A program made the translations under genes and the position numbers. Below the pieces are notes generated by a model. It worked only from the letters and a program-made list of their open reading frames with translations. It was not told where the DNA came from and searched no databases. A stretch of 63,996 nucleotides of DNA, counting the filler, from Porpidia crustulata (Eukaryota): the NCBI GenBank assembly GCA_964255105.1. It is 16 parts of 16 records of this genome, joined end to end, with 100 filler letters (N's around TTAATTAATTAA, not from the genome) between each part and the next. Parts side by side here need not be neighbours in the genome. Positions count along the whole stretch, not along the records: positions 1 to 3,962 come from CAXUWE010002187.1; positions 4,063 to 8,023 come from CAXUWE010002188.1; positions 8,124 to 12,079 come from CAXUWE010002189.1; positions 12,180 to 16,135 come from CAXUWE010002190.1; 12 more parts are not named here. The stretch is one strand, 5' to 3'. Shown here piece after piece: positions 1 through 13,331 of this stretch (position 1 is the first letter of the stretch; each line of letters starts with the position of its first letter).

Positions 1-1872
1 GAATGCTGCCGTTGGTGGCGGGCATTTCGCTGACGTATTCGGTTGGGGGAGGTGCGACGATGCGGTTTTTGCGGATGGTGCCGGCTGACTTGCTGGTTGG
101 GGTGGGTTTTTCGGGGGGATCCTCGGTTATGGTCTTGCTGGCGCTGAATCCGGAAACGGATCGATTTGCACTGGCGGCGTAGCCTGAGCTGAGGGTGTCC
201 ATGGTGTTGCTTCTACTCAGGGCTGGCAATTCAGTGACGCCTTCGGGATGGCTACCGTTGGAGTGGGGTGTGACGTTTGAGGCTGCTTGGCGTTCTGCTT
301 TTAGTTTCTTCCTGTCGTCCTTCGATTGATCTCCAGGGCATTCGGCTGGTACTTTCATTTCGCATTTGCTGTGGCAGGTGTAGCCGCAGTCTCGGCAGTC
401 AAAGCCTTTGGCCGAGAGACCCCATATTCGCTCGCCACAGAGGTCGCAGTTTGTTGGAATCTTGAATGTTTGAGATTTGAAGTTGTGGTTTTGGGCCCCT
501 AGGGATACGTCGCCGACTGCTTCTTTTATAGTCCATGCTTCGGTCTCCGCAGTGGATCGTTTCCGCTCCAGCTGGTGCAATTCTTCTGTCAGGTAGAATA
601 TGGCTCGTACTAGTTCCACCTCATCTCTGTTATCTTTACCCTCGCGGATTTTCTGTCGCACCCGCTTACAATTGTCAACTTCCTTCTGCTTCTTATCCAC
701 CTCTGGTTTCAGCTCTGTCAGCTGGCTCTTACTCCTCCCGAGAACATTTCTCAAAAAGATTTTGGCGGTCTCGTCAGTCGCCATGGCGCTATCGTCCAGC
801 CACACAGGACTGGGTTCGAAGTACATATCCAGGGGCTCTTGCCATGGCGCTACGTTGTGTCGTGCAAACATCATCGAGTCTAGTCGCGGGTCGTTACGTG
901 GGATCTCCGAGCCAAGATGCTGTAGATGTTCTATACTTCGTGAGAGAGCAGAAGTTTCTATTTGTACGGCGAGCGACCAAATCGAATTAAGCTGGGTGAC
1001 GCGGGTTTCCGAAAGGCTCTGCAGACCATCTAGTATCTCCGGAACATATTCGTGGTAATACTTTTCCTTTTGCTTGTTGGTGACATTGATGCTGATGATG
1101 TATGTATTCTTGACATTGTGCATCTCTACGACCTGCTGTTGATACGCATTCTGCGCCTTGCCCTTGCCATGGTCGAATGACGACTCAATCTTTTTCCGCC
1201 GACTCTCCACCTCTTGACATGCGCCGTCATAGCGGCCTTTAGTCTTTTTCAGCTCCCCATATGATGCATCTCGCTCTTTTTCTAGCTTTGCTGCGAATTC
1301 ACCATGGCTCTTGCGTATTTCTTCATATCGAACAGCAAGGTTCTTCAGAGGATCCGCGACGTGTTGGGTAAGCTCGGCAGAGTAACGATCATGTTCTGCA
1401 GCTCTGGACTCGAGACTGGATAATTGGGTAGTCCATGTTGTCAATGAAGCGCTAGCCGTGGACGTCAGCATAATGGAATAGCTGCCGCGTAATGTCGAGT
1501 TCACCTCTCGAGAGATCCGGGGGTCAAGGCGGGAGAGTCCCCAACACTCAAGCTACTTGACCTCTTTGCCTTCTTCTCGAAATATTTCTTTGCGAGATTG
1601 GCGAGCTTGACACTGTATTCTTTCTCAATAGCTGAGCGTTCTCGGTAGAATTGCTGAATTTCATCTAGCCAGGTAATTCCATTTGAGACCTTGGTAACAA
1701 TCAGCATTACTTTGATAAGTCGAACGTTCTCTCTCTTGGCTTACCCAAGCATTGACTGGCTTGAACGCATCCTGATAGAGCCAAAAATATCAATTGAAGT
1801 CCACATCAGCACGTAGTGGGGTCAGACCTTCAGCTCTGCGCCGAAACGAGGCGCAATGTCGACCTCGCCCAT
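1..1872 (-). CDS. BZZ1: F-BAR/FCH + C1 domain endocytic protein Bzz1 (spliced, 3' truncated at window start)
   Basis: Start MGEVDIAPRFGAELK. FCH segment WLDEIQQFYRERSAIEKEYS. A long exon running off the window encodes a C1 domain (PTNCDLCGERIWGLSAKGFDCRDCGYTCHSKC). Three short 5' introns. Confidence 0.88.
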
Positions 1873-2464
1873 AATCCTGGGCCCATAGGAATTATATATG
1901 AGCCGGTCGGGTTCTGGGGGAATTAGAACTCGCAAAGCTTTGTTGATGGTCAGGTTACTGCCCCGCTGCTTGACAAAACGAGCGAGGGGCCTCCATAGGA
2001 ATAGTGCTGCTACTGCCGACAAACGCCATCGCGTAGTGTAGTTTGTGCACGGAAATTCGGTTGAAGGTATCTCCGACCCGAGCCGCCGCTAACCAGAAGC
2101 CGACACCAGCTCGATTAATTCCAACCGCTTGATATTGCCAATTCAATGTTCATTGTCAACCTGCTATAATAGTTGCAACATTGTGGTCTACGGCGGAGAC
2201 GCTGTCGAAGTTTGGCAACAATTCTGTTCTAAAATTGAAGTGAATGGATTACAGACCGAGCCACTAAGTCACTAGTGCAACACGCGCATGGCCTATTTCT
2301 TCATTCTTCCTAGTCTTTTCATTTCTTCTTCTTACCATTTCTAGACCATCTACGGCTTGAGGGCATTCGTGAACATCTATTAGCAGCTGTCGACTGCCTG
2401 CTCTCACTTCTCCTCCTGCTTTTTCTAAAAATCAAAAATAATTAGTACAGTTCCTCTTAGAGCC

Positions 2465-3962
2465 ATGGCCACGGATGGTGAAACTACCTCTTTAGAGGCA
2501 CGCATCTCCGAACCTGACGATACAGTGTCAAAGCCAGTTGCTGAAAAGCCAGACTCGAAACATGGTTCGGCAGACGAACCAGAGTCAAAGACCCTCGACG
2601 ACCCTGAAACAAAGGAGGCTGTCACTGCTGACGGCGACGTTGCAAAACCGACTAGGGATCCAGTAATACCAGATGGCAACGCTGCACAACCAGTTGATAA
2701 GTCGAAGGAGGATGAATTGCCTAACGCCCAGACCGATGGTGCCGCAAGCCTTTTTGGCGGCACTGGTGGTATCTATGAACCAGATTATGACGTCGAAATA
2801 CGGTTGAGTAATGCTCAGGCTGATCCCAATAATCCGCTCTTTTCCATCAAAAGCTTCAATGAGCTCGGTTTGTATGTTTAGAGAAAGCTCTTGAAGCTCA
2901 GTGATGCTAACATGATCTTTAGACACGACAATGTCCTCAAAGGCATCTACCAAATGCGATTCACTAAGCCATCTAAGATACAGGAGAGGGCTTTACCGCT
3001 TTTACTGAGTAATCCACCAATGAATCTGATCGGTCAGAGCCAGTCTGGTACTGGGAAAACTGCGGCCTTTGTACTCAATATCCTGACTCGCCTGGACTGC
3101 AGTACTCCAGAGATGTGTCAAACCCCGCAGGCTTTGTGCCTCGCACCTACTCGCGAACTTGCACGTCAAATTCTCGGAGTTGTTCAGATCATGGGTCAAT
3201 TTGTTGAGAATCTAACTACAGCGGCTGCCATTCCCACCGATCAGGAGAATCGTGGTAAACGTATTGAGGCACAGGTTATTGTTGGAACTCCTGGTACCAC
3301 CACGGACCTGATCAGGAAAAAATTGATTAATCCCGCTCATATCAAGGTTCTTGTACTTGATGAGGCCGATAATATGCTAGAGCAGCAAGGTTTAGGCGAA
3401 CAATCTTTGCGTGTCAAGCAGTAAGCTTTCTCCCATACCCTTTCTTGATCATCACCGGGTTGACTGGTCCATCAGGATTCTTCCAAAGAATATCCAGGTT
3501 GTTTTATTCTCTGCTACATTCCCAGACAGAGTCGTCACGTACGCAGCAAAATTTGCTCCAAATGCCAATCAAATCACTCTGAAACATGAGGAACTCACGG
3601 TCGACGGCATCAAGCAACTCTATCTCGATTGCAAATCCACAGAGGACAAGTACGATTCGTTGGTCCGGCTATACGGGCTTATGACCATTGGATCCTCGAT
3701 TATCTTTGTCAAGGTGATTTCTCCTTACTTGGCTGCACTACATGAGATTTAACGATTACTAGACCCGCGAGACTGCTCTCCAAATTGAAACTCGTATGAA
3801 CGCTGAAGGCCACAAGGTAGCATGTCTCACCGGCCAATTCGAAGGCTTCCAACGCGACATCATCATCGACTCCTTCCGCAACGGCACGACTAAAGTCCTC
3901 ATCACCACCAACGTCCTCGCCCGCGGTATCGACGTCCAAACCGTCTCCCTAGTCATCAACTA
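2465..3962 (+). CDS. DBP5: DEAD-box RNA helicase Dbp5 (mRNA export), spliced, 3' truncated
   Basis: Motifs [52 protein letters not shown]. Introns near 2872-2922, 3421-3476 and 3714-3762. Confidence 0.95.
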
Positions 3963-4062
3963 NNNNNNNNNNNNNNNNNNNNNNNNNNNNNNNNNNNNNN
4001 NNNNNNTTAATTAATTAANNNNNNNNNNNNNNNNNNNNNNNNNNNNNNNNNNNNNNNNNNNN
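3963..4062. other. Artificial 100-bp contig spacer (N44-TTAATTAATTAA-N44; stops in all six frames); first of 15
   Basis: Same spacer at 3963-4062, 8024-8123, 12080-12179, 16136-16235, 20186-20285, 24232-24331, 28273-28372, 32313-32412, 36344-36443, 40374-40473, 44404-44503, 48429-48528, 52433-52532, 56431-56530, 60426-60525. Intervening contig lengths fall from 3961 to 3895 bp. Confidence 0.99.
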
Positions 4063-4792
4063 GAGGAGGATGTCTTGGTAGCGGAGGTTCGATTTTTGGA
4101 GGCTATGATGGATTAGATTTACGGTTGTGGGGGCTGGGGGGGAAATGGAGAGTTGCTGACCTTTCTGTGGTGAATTTGCCTTCTTTGTATGCGGCCATAA
4201 AAGGGGGGGATAGGCGGAAAGCTCGTAGACTGAGGCTACCTTGAGAACTGCGGCTCACGTCATGTATGATGGCCACTGTCCGTTCGTTCAGCTCTTTCTG
4301 GTAGTAGAACTGGTTTTCTATCATGTTCAGGTTGACAAAGTTGCCTAAGTTTGCGCTGGTGTACCATCCGACATTGTTGGCATCGACATTGACTTCTCTC
4401 AGTTTCTTAATCATTTCTGTTTGATATGTGGCATTGGTTTTGGCTCTGGGGGCTGCAGCTGCAAGATTTGAGGCAGCGTTGTTGTCATGGTGTCCGTCTG
4501 TAGGTGGTAGATCTACCGTGGGGAATGGGAAGGAGTTGGTGACTTGTAGTAATGATGAGACATCCATGCCCACAAGGAAGCCAGTCGCTGTTGTCGGGAA
4601 AGTTTGTGAGCAGTGCTTTATGATCTTCATGACCACCTGTTTCTCATTTAAGTTTCTCAATGTGGCTGCAGATGGAAATGTCCTACCAATGCCTCTGCCT
4701 GGACCGACTTCAGGGGGACTTCTTTTCTGCTAACAATTAGCTATGGTACATTGGTTTGAAAAGGCAGTCTATGCATACAATGATTCCGCCAT
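4063..4792 (-). CDS. EIF3H: Translation initiation factor eIF3 subunit H (MPN domain), spliced, 3' truncated
   Basis: VVMKIIKHC...LVGMD...[50 protein letters not shown]. Two small 5' exons, the first beginning MAES. Confidence 0.92.
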
Positions 4793-6621
4793 GGTGGGAT
4801 TTTTGGGGCAGTGATCTGATAAGAAGGATAGAATTCGCAAAGTTGAGCTGTTGTTCGCTTTCTTGAAGTTCATAAGGCTGTATAAGTTTGTGTGGGGCAA
4901 AAACTACTGAGCTAACCGAATAGAGCCTTGGCGGAAAGTACCTACAAAGCGGTGTTTTTCCGCTACCAAATATTCCCTTTACGGAAGTCCACTTCTCTAC
5001 CTGTCTGCCTATGAGCATCGTCTCTCATGCTACTCAAGACTTCGTCAGGTAGCAGTGCGTCCTTTCGTCCGTTCATACATTGCACACGCGGGGTTTTGCA
5101 GCATTGATAAATTCATTCTTACAGTGTCCGATTTGTACTCACTTCTTACGTCCTTGGTTCTTAAGTCCGGAGGACCTTCAGCGTGTCATCAGCGCGTTGA
5201 CTATGCACACCATGTCACTGCAATGCTTACCAAGCCCTCGAGATAATGATTAGATGATGCATCTTGTGATTGTGATTGGTGATATAAAATTTGTTGTCGA
5301 CATCGGACTTTACGGTACTAACAACTGCGGGTCTAATGCATTCACTTCGGCTTTTGGAGCTAAAATTGTTGAATCGTTTTGATCAGTCTGGCATTTACCT
5401 TATATATCACGGATCTCTCGGCTCTTCTCTTATTTCTATTTTCCAAAAGATACGAAAGTCCACAAAGCAAGATGTTTTCCGAAATTGTTATCCAAACCTT
5501 TGACGACCTACAGACGTCTGGAAAATCGTTGAACAAGCGCAACAAGTCCGAGAACGACAGTCATCAAAAGACCTCGCAAAGGTAGGTTAAATACATGAGC
5601 CTCGAAGGAGATGCCTGTGCTCACGCGCAATTCAGAACACGGACAGTCCAAATTCCCACTCTCGAATACGCACTTCACATTAGGCCAGCGTCTACCAGCC
5701 ACAAGAGCGAAACCCGGGAAAAGCGGTAGTCCAAGAACCGCAAAAGCTTGGTCCATAGCCTGTAGGCACCGGTTGATGCAGCTTGGGTACTTGTGACTCG
5801 CAAACCCGAGATTATAGCCGCGGTCTGCGGACAATTCCCGATTGTTAGCAAGTATATTAGATGAGCTTCGTACGCAGTCTCCAAGGAAAAAGCGGCGACC
5901 ACACACGCGACATTTAACATCATCGCCGCTCTATCAACTTGGTCTTCTTTCTTTTTCAACACATTAAACCCCGTTAGTCTCTCTACTTTCATGACCCTTC
6001 CTCCATCGCTCGCCTAGCTTACAGCTGACACCCTCTCTAGTACCGCCTCGTGACTGTGTGCGCAGGCTTGCGTCCGAAGGCATCGACGGATGCTTTAAGC
6101 TTCAGCGGCCAGGAAGAGATTTGCACTATTTCTGTCTTCGTCTACCTCTAGCTTCCGTCCTCATCACTGATATACACACTCGGATTCCCGGCGTCACTAT
6201 ATTCTCTTTGCTCTACCACCACCCCCTCGTCTTCATCTCCTGAAATCCCTACGACTCGCAGTTGCAGCGCAATACGCTTTAGCTAGCTCTATAACTCGCT
6301 ATATGTCCAGGTTCACATGCACGCCCGTTCTGTGGAGAGCTGTGGACGATTGGCTTAGGTATGATGATAGCCAAGCAGGTACAAGGCCCGGGGTCCGGCC
6401 GGAGCCGACCTTCTCGCGACAACAGCAAATCGAGTAAATGCCTCACAATTTTGGGAAGGTGTCAATTGGCCGCGCTCCAAGTCGACGTACAGCATCATGG
6501 CTCGATCCTGAGCGGTCAGGCGGTCTGCCGCCATTATCTCTATCGACTGCACCTTGATTGACCAGGTTATATTGATCGAAATCGATTACTGAATAGACTT
6601 CTGCAAGATGTCTCTCCCACC

Positions 6622-7398
6622 TCAAAGTTCGTAGGCTTTTTCGCCGAATTTGAGAACCTCTTTCGCAGACAAAAACTTTTTGGTCCAGCAACCTTTGATC
6701 ATCTCACCAAGAGGAAGCCCTTTGACGCTAGGAAAGATACCTTTCCTAAAAAATGCCTCTATCGTTTCACGGGGTTGGTCGTTGTACGGTGCTTTCCCCG
6801 TCATCAGTTCAAACAGGGTGGAACCAAGCGCAAACATATCAGACTCGACAGTACTATCATATGTGCAGTCTCTCGGCAAGAAATGACTGGCATTTTCGGG
6901 CCCAATTGCCTCACTCCCTATCAACCCTCGCTCCGCATTGCTGTCATATCCTGACGCGTTAAAGTCACAGAGCTGAACGTTTAATCTTTCATCCAGCAGC
7001 CACTGGTCCAGCCGGAAATCCGAGTGCCTGACGCCCATAGTGTGAATGTACTCGACACTCTCAATCATTTGGCGGGCCTAGCACCTGCGATGTGTATCTT
7101 TGATGTGAGGCCTATGCTTCTCCATGTACTCTTTCAAATTACCGTTGGGGTAGTACTTGAGCTCTATGTATCTTTTCGAAGGGTCGACAAATAGACATTC
7201 GGCGATGCGTGGATGGTTGTCGAGCAGAATGTATATGCTGGCCTCGTTGTGCATAGCTTTGATACTATCTTCCGTGGAGTCGTCATTGTCGGGATCTTTT
7301 CTGTACACTTTCTTAACTCGATTGCCAATCCGGTAGGTTTCGACGAAGATGCCCACCATCAAAAGCTCATGATTCGGCTGACCCAATAACGACATCAT
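6622..7398 (-). pseudogene. Protein kinase-like gene interrupted by one in-frame TAG (7078-7080)
   Basis: ORFs 7078-7398 and 6622-7068 are in the same frame: ...LKYYPNGNLKEY...RRC*ARQMIESVEYIH..GVRHSDFRLDQWLLD...LCDFN...SDMFALGSTLFELMTGKAPY. No introns. Confidence 0.8.
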
Positions 7399-10108
7399 CT
7401 ACATTTATTAGAATCGTACCAAGCTCGAGAATGCTAAGTAAGGTGACGACAGAAATGCTAGACCGAGTGTCCCCATGATGAATAGAACGCGCCACAAGAA
7501 GGTAATAAGGGCATACAGCTCGCTAAGGTCAAACGGCCCGGGTCGATCCGAAAGCTCGAATCTTAAATCCTGACCCGTAATGAATTTGAGCAATGCGAAG
7601 CATACAATTCAAAAACGATTACGCACTTTCATATTACTTCAACACACTCCAAAACTGTATTAATATTCTATTAAACATAAATTTTCATGTGCTCTATTCC
7701 CGCCTCTCGGATTCTCGACCACCAACTCGTAATCCCGAGTTTGCGGCCCCAACTTGCCGGTGATGGTCAATCAAGATCGAATACTCGATTGTATCAAAAA
7801 GCTGTCATATCTATCGTCTGGGAGCCTTTTCCGCTGCAGATGCATGCGCACGTGCACGCCGAATAGGTAATCTGATATGTGATTCGTCTTCAATGAATCA
7901 GAATTTTGAGCTTCAATGATGTCGTATTTGAACAAGCGGTGTGTACGCTAGCAAACTCAATACCCAATCTCTATACCTCTATATACACCCTTCCAACTTC
8001 TCCTTCATACCTCCATCCAACCCNNNNNNNNNNNNNNNNNNNNNNNNNNNNNNNNNNNNNNNNNNNNTTAATTAATTAANNNNNNNNNNNNNNNNNNNNN
8101 NNNNNNNNNNNNNNNNNNNNNNNACATTGTATGGTGTAGAGGTAATGCGAATGAAGAAGACTGACTGCCAACCAGCAGCCATCAAGATAGCTACAAACGT
8201 CATCAATGCTAAGCATATCTCATCAGAAAACAACGAGATTGCATGCGATTTTGTTATCAACCAAAGCAAATCTATTTCAACTCTTCGGCATCTGGAAGAA
8301 ACCAAGGAACGTTAACCGAAAGCTTAAGTGAACCTCAATCAACGTCATAAGTCGGACTTTTCGAGGCTTGTGGGTCGTCCGATGTGAACCATGACATATC
8401 TGCCTATCGTAGATCACTCACTCTCTCAGCAAAGCCCCCACCATCTTCGGATATGCTGGGAGAGCTTCAAGGTATACGATAGTGCTGAACGATGAGTGGC
8501 GATAAGGAAGTGAGGAGAAAGAGCATGTAGCACCCAGATTACCTCAGAGAGTCTCGCGGTATAGTCCACAACCTATCAATAGTCGACAACAAGCAGCACC
8601 GCTAGTCTCGGCAGGCTGCAGGCGGAGGGTGGTCCACCATTTTGGGGTACGTTGCCGCACGTTGTTACATTTTTATGTCAACCACACGGTATTCACCTAC
8701 GTATGAGGACGAGAACGAGTCAACGAATGTACAATTGGCAGGGTCTCTTGTGGCACCCATGTATCTTACGCGGCAGGACTCTGGCCTCCAGCTCTCTATA
8801 CGCCACGATAGACCCAAGGTGGATCTTCGACTGACCTGTCAATGCTGATGAGCATCATTGGTATTCCGAAGGAACCTTCTCCGTTGACGGACTCGGTAAG
8901 TGGATCGAGGCTCTATTACGAGGGGCATCGATCGCGAATGTGGACAATTAGGCTAGATTATTCGAAGAGCATTCGATATCCGCAAAACAATAGCGCTGTT
9001 CCGATCATTCCTATGGTATGATAATTGAAGGCTTGCTTGGGATCTGACCGCAACTAGGACTGCATCTTGGACGAACCAGCTCGGTTCATGCAGCAGAGAT
9101 CTCAACATGTTATGACAGACTTTGCCCTGAGAAGAACATTATCAGGTACTACTAATAACATGCAAACCAATACATAATGTAGATCACAAATATGTGGGCA
9201 ATACTAGTACTGGTTGTCCAACGGGGGAAGACGAGCTAAGGCAAGTGACCGAAGGCTTCAACTAAGTAATAGTGCCTTCCACGACGGGCGATGTTCAGGA
9301 TACGCGAGTGGTATGGACCTTGTAGCTCTTGAAATTCGTTCAATGAGCACATGACGCTTACATGTCAGGCGCATGGTCCAAATCGACCAAATCGACCCTA
9401 TTGCATGCAAGAAGCTCGTCGGTTGGTTCGCCATGACTAAACACCCAAGAAGGTTAGCGCTTAAGACAGGGATGAAGGTAACCTGAAATGTTTCAAAACG
9501 AGTTGGTCTCACTGCCATATGCTCCGCCTCGAATACGGCCGAAGACTACCTCATACAGAGTCAAGGAGATGTATTGTCATACTCGACGATGTACGTATTG
9601 AACGATCTTCTCTCGATGTGGATGGTCGTGGTGGTGGTGTATGGCACCTGGATTGAGGCGTGCGGGTGCTCGGCCTACACCAATCCTTCCCATCTGATGG
9701 TATTGTGCTAGATTATACCTTTACCATTGTTATTTCCTTTAAGCATGTTTTTGGTTACTTTTATTAGTCTGCGGAGTCTCGATATTGTGGCTAGAGAAAT
9801 GCCACCAAATACTGCAACCCACGCAGTTTAGCCTGTTATTTGGCGGCAACGCTGTTCGCCTGCTTTCTCTTATAGACAACTCCAGGGTCAGGGCTGCCGT
9901 CAACTGACGAATTAAGCATCTGATTCGGATCACCCGAATGATTTATTGGTACGACTTCGGCATTGCTGTACCTATGCAGACGGGTGGACATGAGCTCCGA
10001 TCAGTGGTGGTTCAACCCGTTCATCTGTTCTGTCATGTCTATAAAGTACAGAGCCTTGCACGCCTGTTTGAAATGCCAAAGCTTTGAAGCTATCTCGCTC
10101 TTGCCAAG

Positions 10109-12079
10109 ATGAAATTCTCCACTGGGACTGCCTTGTTGGCCTGCCTTGTTGGCCTCTCCGATGCCGTATCAACCTTCACGCCTGCCAGACCTCCAGCGAT
10201 TCCCCTCGCTGTCAGGTCGCCGTACCTGAACACGTGGCTTGACTGTGGCAGTGATGCGGGAAATGGAGGATATCTGGCCGGCCAATGGCCCCGGTTCTGG
10301 GCGTGAGCATCAAATACCAAACAATATGGCGTTCAAGACTAATAGCACAATAGCAATCAGATAACGGCATGGACTGGTATGATCCGCGTGGACGGGTATG
10401 TTTACACTTGGATGGGACAGCCGGGTCCGAGTGCGGTAAATCAGACAGCCTTCGAGTATACATCGACTCGAAGCATATTCACCATGAACGTTGGCGGTAT
10501 GGTCAGCATGAAAATTACCTTTCTCTCGCCTGTCACTCCAACCGACGTGAAAAGACAATCGCTGCCGTTTTCATACCTTGAAGTGCAGGTGGTTTCTATG
10601 GATGGCGCCGGGCATACTGTGTCGGTCTATGCAGATATCTCAGCAGGTCAGTCGGTCAAGTTTTGACCTTGCCAAACAATAGCGACTAACAATGGGATTA
10701 GAATGGGTTTCTGGAGACAGAAACACCATCGCGCAGTGGGACTACGGTATTGCCCCGGACAATTCCGGTGTGAAAGGCACGCCTACGACAATGGCCACAA
10801 TGGCTAGCACTGGTGTTGCCGCTAGTAAAAGGTCTAATTCAGGCGAAAGTTCAATGACTAAGGACCTCAAGAGCACCTCTTCCTCAACTCCCACCGACAA
10901 TGCGGGCGGCATTGCTTACCATCGAGTCTATAGGCAGACCCAGCTGGCTTTCTCGGAGACTGGGGATCAGACTGACTACGGTTACTATTATTGGGCGACA
11001 CAAAACACCGCCAACCTTACATACCAATCTGGTCAGGATACAACAGTCCGGACCAACTTCGCCAACACTGGTAAACTTCCCAACACCAAGGACACCAATT
11101 ACCGAGCTATCCAAAACGCATGGCCTGTGTTCGGTTTTGCAGTCGATTTGGGCGTTGTCGGGGCTCAGGCTACTAGTACGCTTTTTGTAATCGGTCTTGC
11201 TCAACAACAAGCGATTCAATTCGATGGAGCAAAGGGTATAGTGTCACTACCGTCTTTATGGACAAGCTACTATCCTACCGACCTGGCAGCGCTGTCATTC
11301 TTCTATGACGACTATGCTACTTCTGAGTCCAACTTCGGCAGCCAGCTCATCACGGACGCTGTTGCAGCAGGAGGTCAAGACTACCTCACGATTACTTCGC
11401 TTGCAGCTCGTCACGCTTTCGCCGCTACCCAGTTTGTCGGAACTCCCTCCAAGACATATCTCTTCCTCAAGGAAATCAGTTCCGATGGAAACGTTCAAAC
11501 CGTCGACATCATCTTCCCCTTCCACCCCATCCTTCTCTATAGTAATCCTGGTCTCCTGAAACTGCTCCTTGACCCTCTCTTTGAGAATCAAGAAGCTGGA
11601 CAGTACCCCCACAAGTACTCGATGCATGACCTTGGTAGCCACTACCCCAACGCCACCGGCCACCCTGATGGGAACGACGAACAGCAACCGCTCGAAGAAT
11701 GTGGTAATATGCTCATCATGGCTCTCGCTTACGCACAACGTAAAAAAGATACCGCCTACCTCGCTCAGCACTACAAAATTCTCCAACAGTGGACTCAATA
11801 TCTCATCCAAGAAGCCCTCTACCCAGCCAACCAAATCTCCACGGATGACTTTGCGGGACCCCTCGCCAACCAGACCAATCTCGCCCTCAAGGGTATGATC
11901 GGTATCGAAGCCATGGCCGTCATCGCCAACCTCACGGGCCACGCCGCCGACGGCGCAAACTACACCCAAATCGCCCACAGCTACATCTCCAAATGGCAGA
12001 ACCTCGGCGTCGCCCACGACGCCCCCCCCCCGCCCACGCCCCGCAACTAAGGCGCCCACACCCCCGCCGGCCGCCACTA
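10109..12079 (+). CDS. gtaA: Secreted glutaminase A (GtaA family), spliced, 3' truncated
   Basis: Signal peptide followed by STFTPARPPAIPLAVRSPYLNTW. Motifs FLKEISSDGNVQTVD, HDLGSHYPNATGH, PLEECGNM, STDDFAGPLANQTNLALKG. Introns near 10303-10358 and 10648-10701. Confidence 0.93.
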
Positions 12080-12179
12080 NNNNNNNNNNNNNNNNNNNNN
12101 NNNNNNNNNNNNNNNNNNNNNNNTTAATTAATTAANNNNNNNNNNNNNNNNNNNNNNNNNNNNNNNNNNNNNNNNNNNN

Positions 12180-12925
12180 GGCTCGTCCAACTCCTTCATG
12201 AATTCGGATTGTATGCTCGCCTTCTTCTTGTCCCACCATTCGCGGTCGGCCTGGCCTTGGGCTTGGAGCTCGCTGATGCGGGTGCGGAGGGTCTCGTTGT
12301 TGACCATTTCGTTGGCGGACTGGAAGATTGTTTGGCCCCAGTTTGGAGAGAGGGCGTTTGCCTTGTGCGAGATTAGAGATTTCGTCGTTGATCAATGTCA
12401 AATGTTGTCAAGGGAGGGGGACGTTAGGGGTAAAGGGGCAATATATACCTCTTCGACGACATCTCTCAATTCTGCTTCGATTTCTTTCTCTGCTCGTAAA
12501 AAGCGCTGCCATAGATCATCTCCTACGCTTCCGCGCTGCAGTAGTGTGCTTAACGCTGGCTTCTGGCTTCGGATGGATAGGATGCGTCGAATGTCTTCCA
12601 CGGCGCGTTGCAGGAGAGCGGCTTTGAGGATACTGTCGGGGATCTGTGGCGGTTTGTCTTTACCTTCTTCGGGCTCGATGTGGAGGAGTGAGAGGTAGAT
12701 GTTGCGCTGGAGGTGGGGGGGAAACCAAGGCTCCAAACTTGCGGATTTTGCTGGGTGGGAGAGGAATTGCATTAGTTTTTGCGGGCGATCTTGAGCTACG
12801 TTTCGATGAATGGAGCAAGACTTGCCAGCTTTTCGCTTCCGATAGAGAGATGAGAACATGGCGAGCGAGCCGACCAGTATGCCGATGTAGGCGAAGGGGA
12901 GTATTAGACCCACCCAGTGAACCAT
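12180..12925 (-). CDS. SEC66: Sec62/63 translocon subunit Sec66/Sec71, spliced, 3' truncated
   Basis: N-terminal TM segment then FSSLYRKRK. WFPPHLQRNIYLSLLH, LKAALLQRAVEDIRR, LLQRGSVGDDLWQRF. Next exon ANALSPNWGQTIFQSANEM. Confidence 0.92.
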
Positions 12926-13331
12926 TTTGGGCGGCCTGGAGTTGTAAGAAATTGAGAGATTATTCGGCGAAAATGGCCCGAGTCATGAGCGCCCAGTCTA
13001 GCCAAAGGTCCAGGGAGAAATCGATGAAGTCTTGGAGATCATTGAAATTGAGGATACTGTCAACTGTCATAACGGCTAAGGCCAGAAGTTCCATTGTCGC
13101 AAGTACGTTTCTCCGGTGCTGGGAAGGTGAACAGGGATCTACGATAGCGCCGGAAATAGATAATGTAAACACCGATGTTGAACGACCTAGGCGAGAGCTC
13201 CATCGGGTTATCGTCATGAATCCATGAAGTTCCACAACAAGCTATATCACCCGGTGCTATAATATACCTTCACGCATTCGGCCGACTACCTTCCACCTTC
13301 ATGGCCAGTCCATAAACACCTTCTCAACAAT

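Noticed and set aside
3963..4062. Regularly spaced TTAATTAATTAA within N runs, resembling a periodic repeat, and ORFs ending in XXX-LIN
   Set aside because: Artificial concatenation spacer. ORF ends inside it are not real, and no gene cluster can be inferred across it.
5291..5992. Cluster of short overlapping ORFs that may be a decayed gene
   Set aside because: No recognisable motif or consistent splice model.
11295..12077. Long antisense ORFs (also 535-1058, 14874-15404, 41799-42392, 43193-43846, 53004-53444)
   Set aside because: Shadows of codon-biased real genes on the opposite strand, with no independent motifs.
12020..12079. Apparent premature stop in gtaA (…PPPPTPRN*)
   Set aside because: Lies in a C-rich, low-quality-looking contig end. 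The family continues with a TxxYG-like motif, so this is probably a sequence error rather than a pseudogene.
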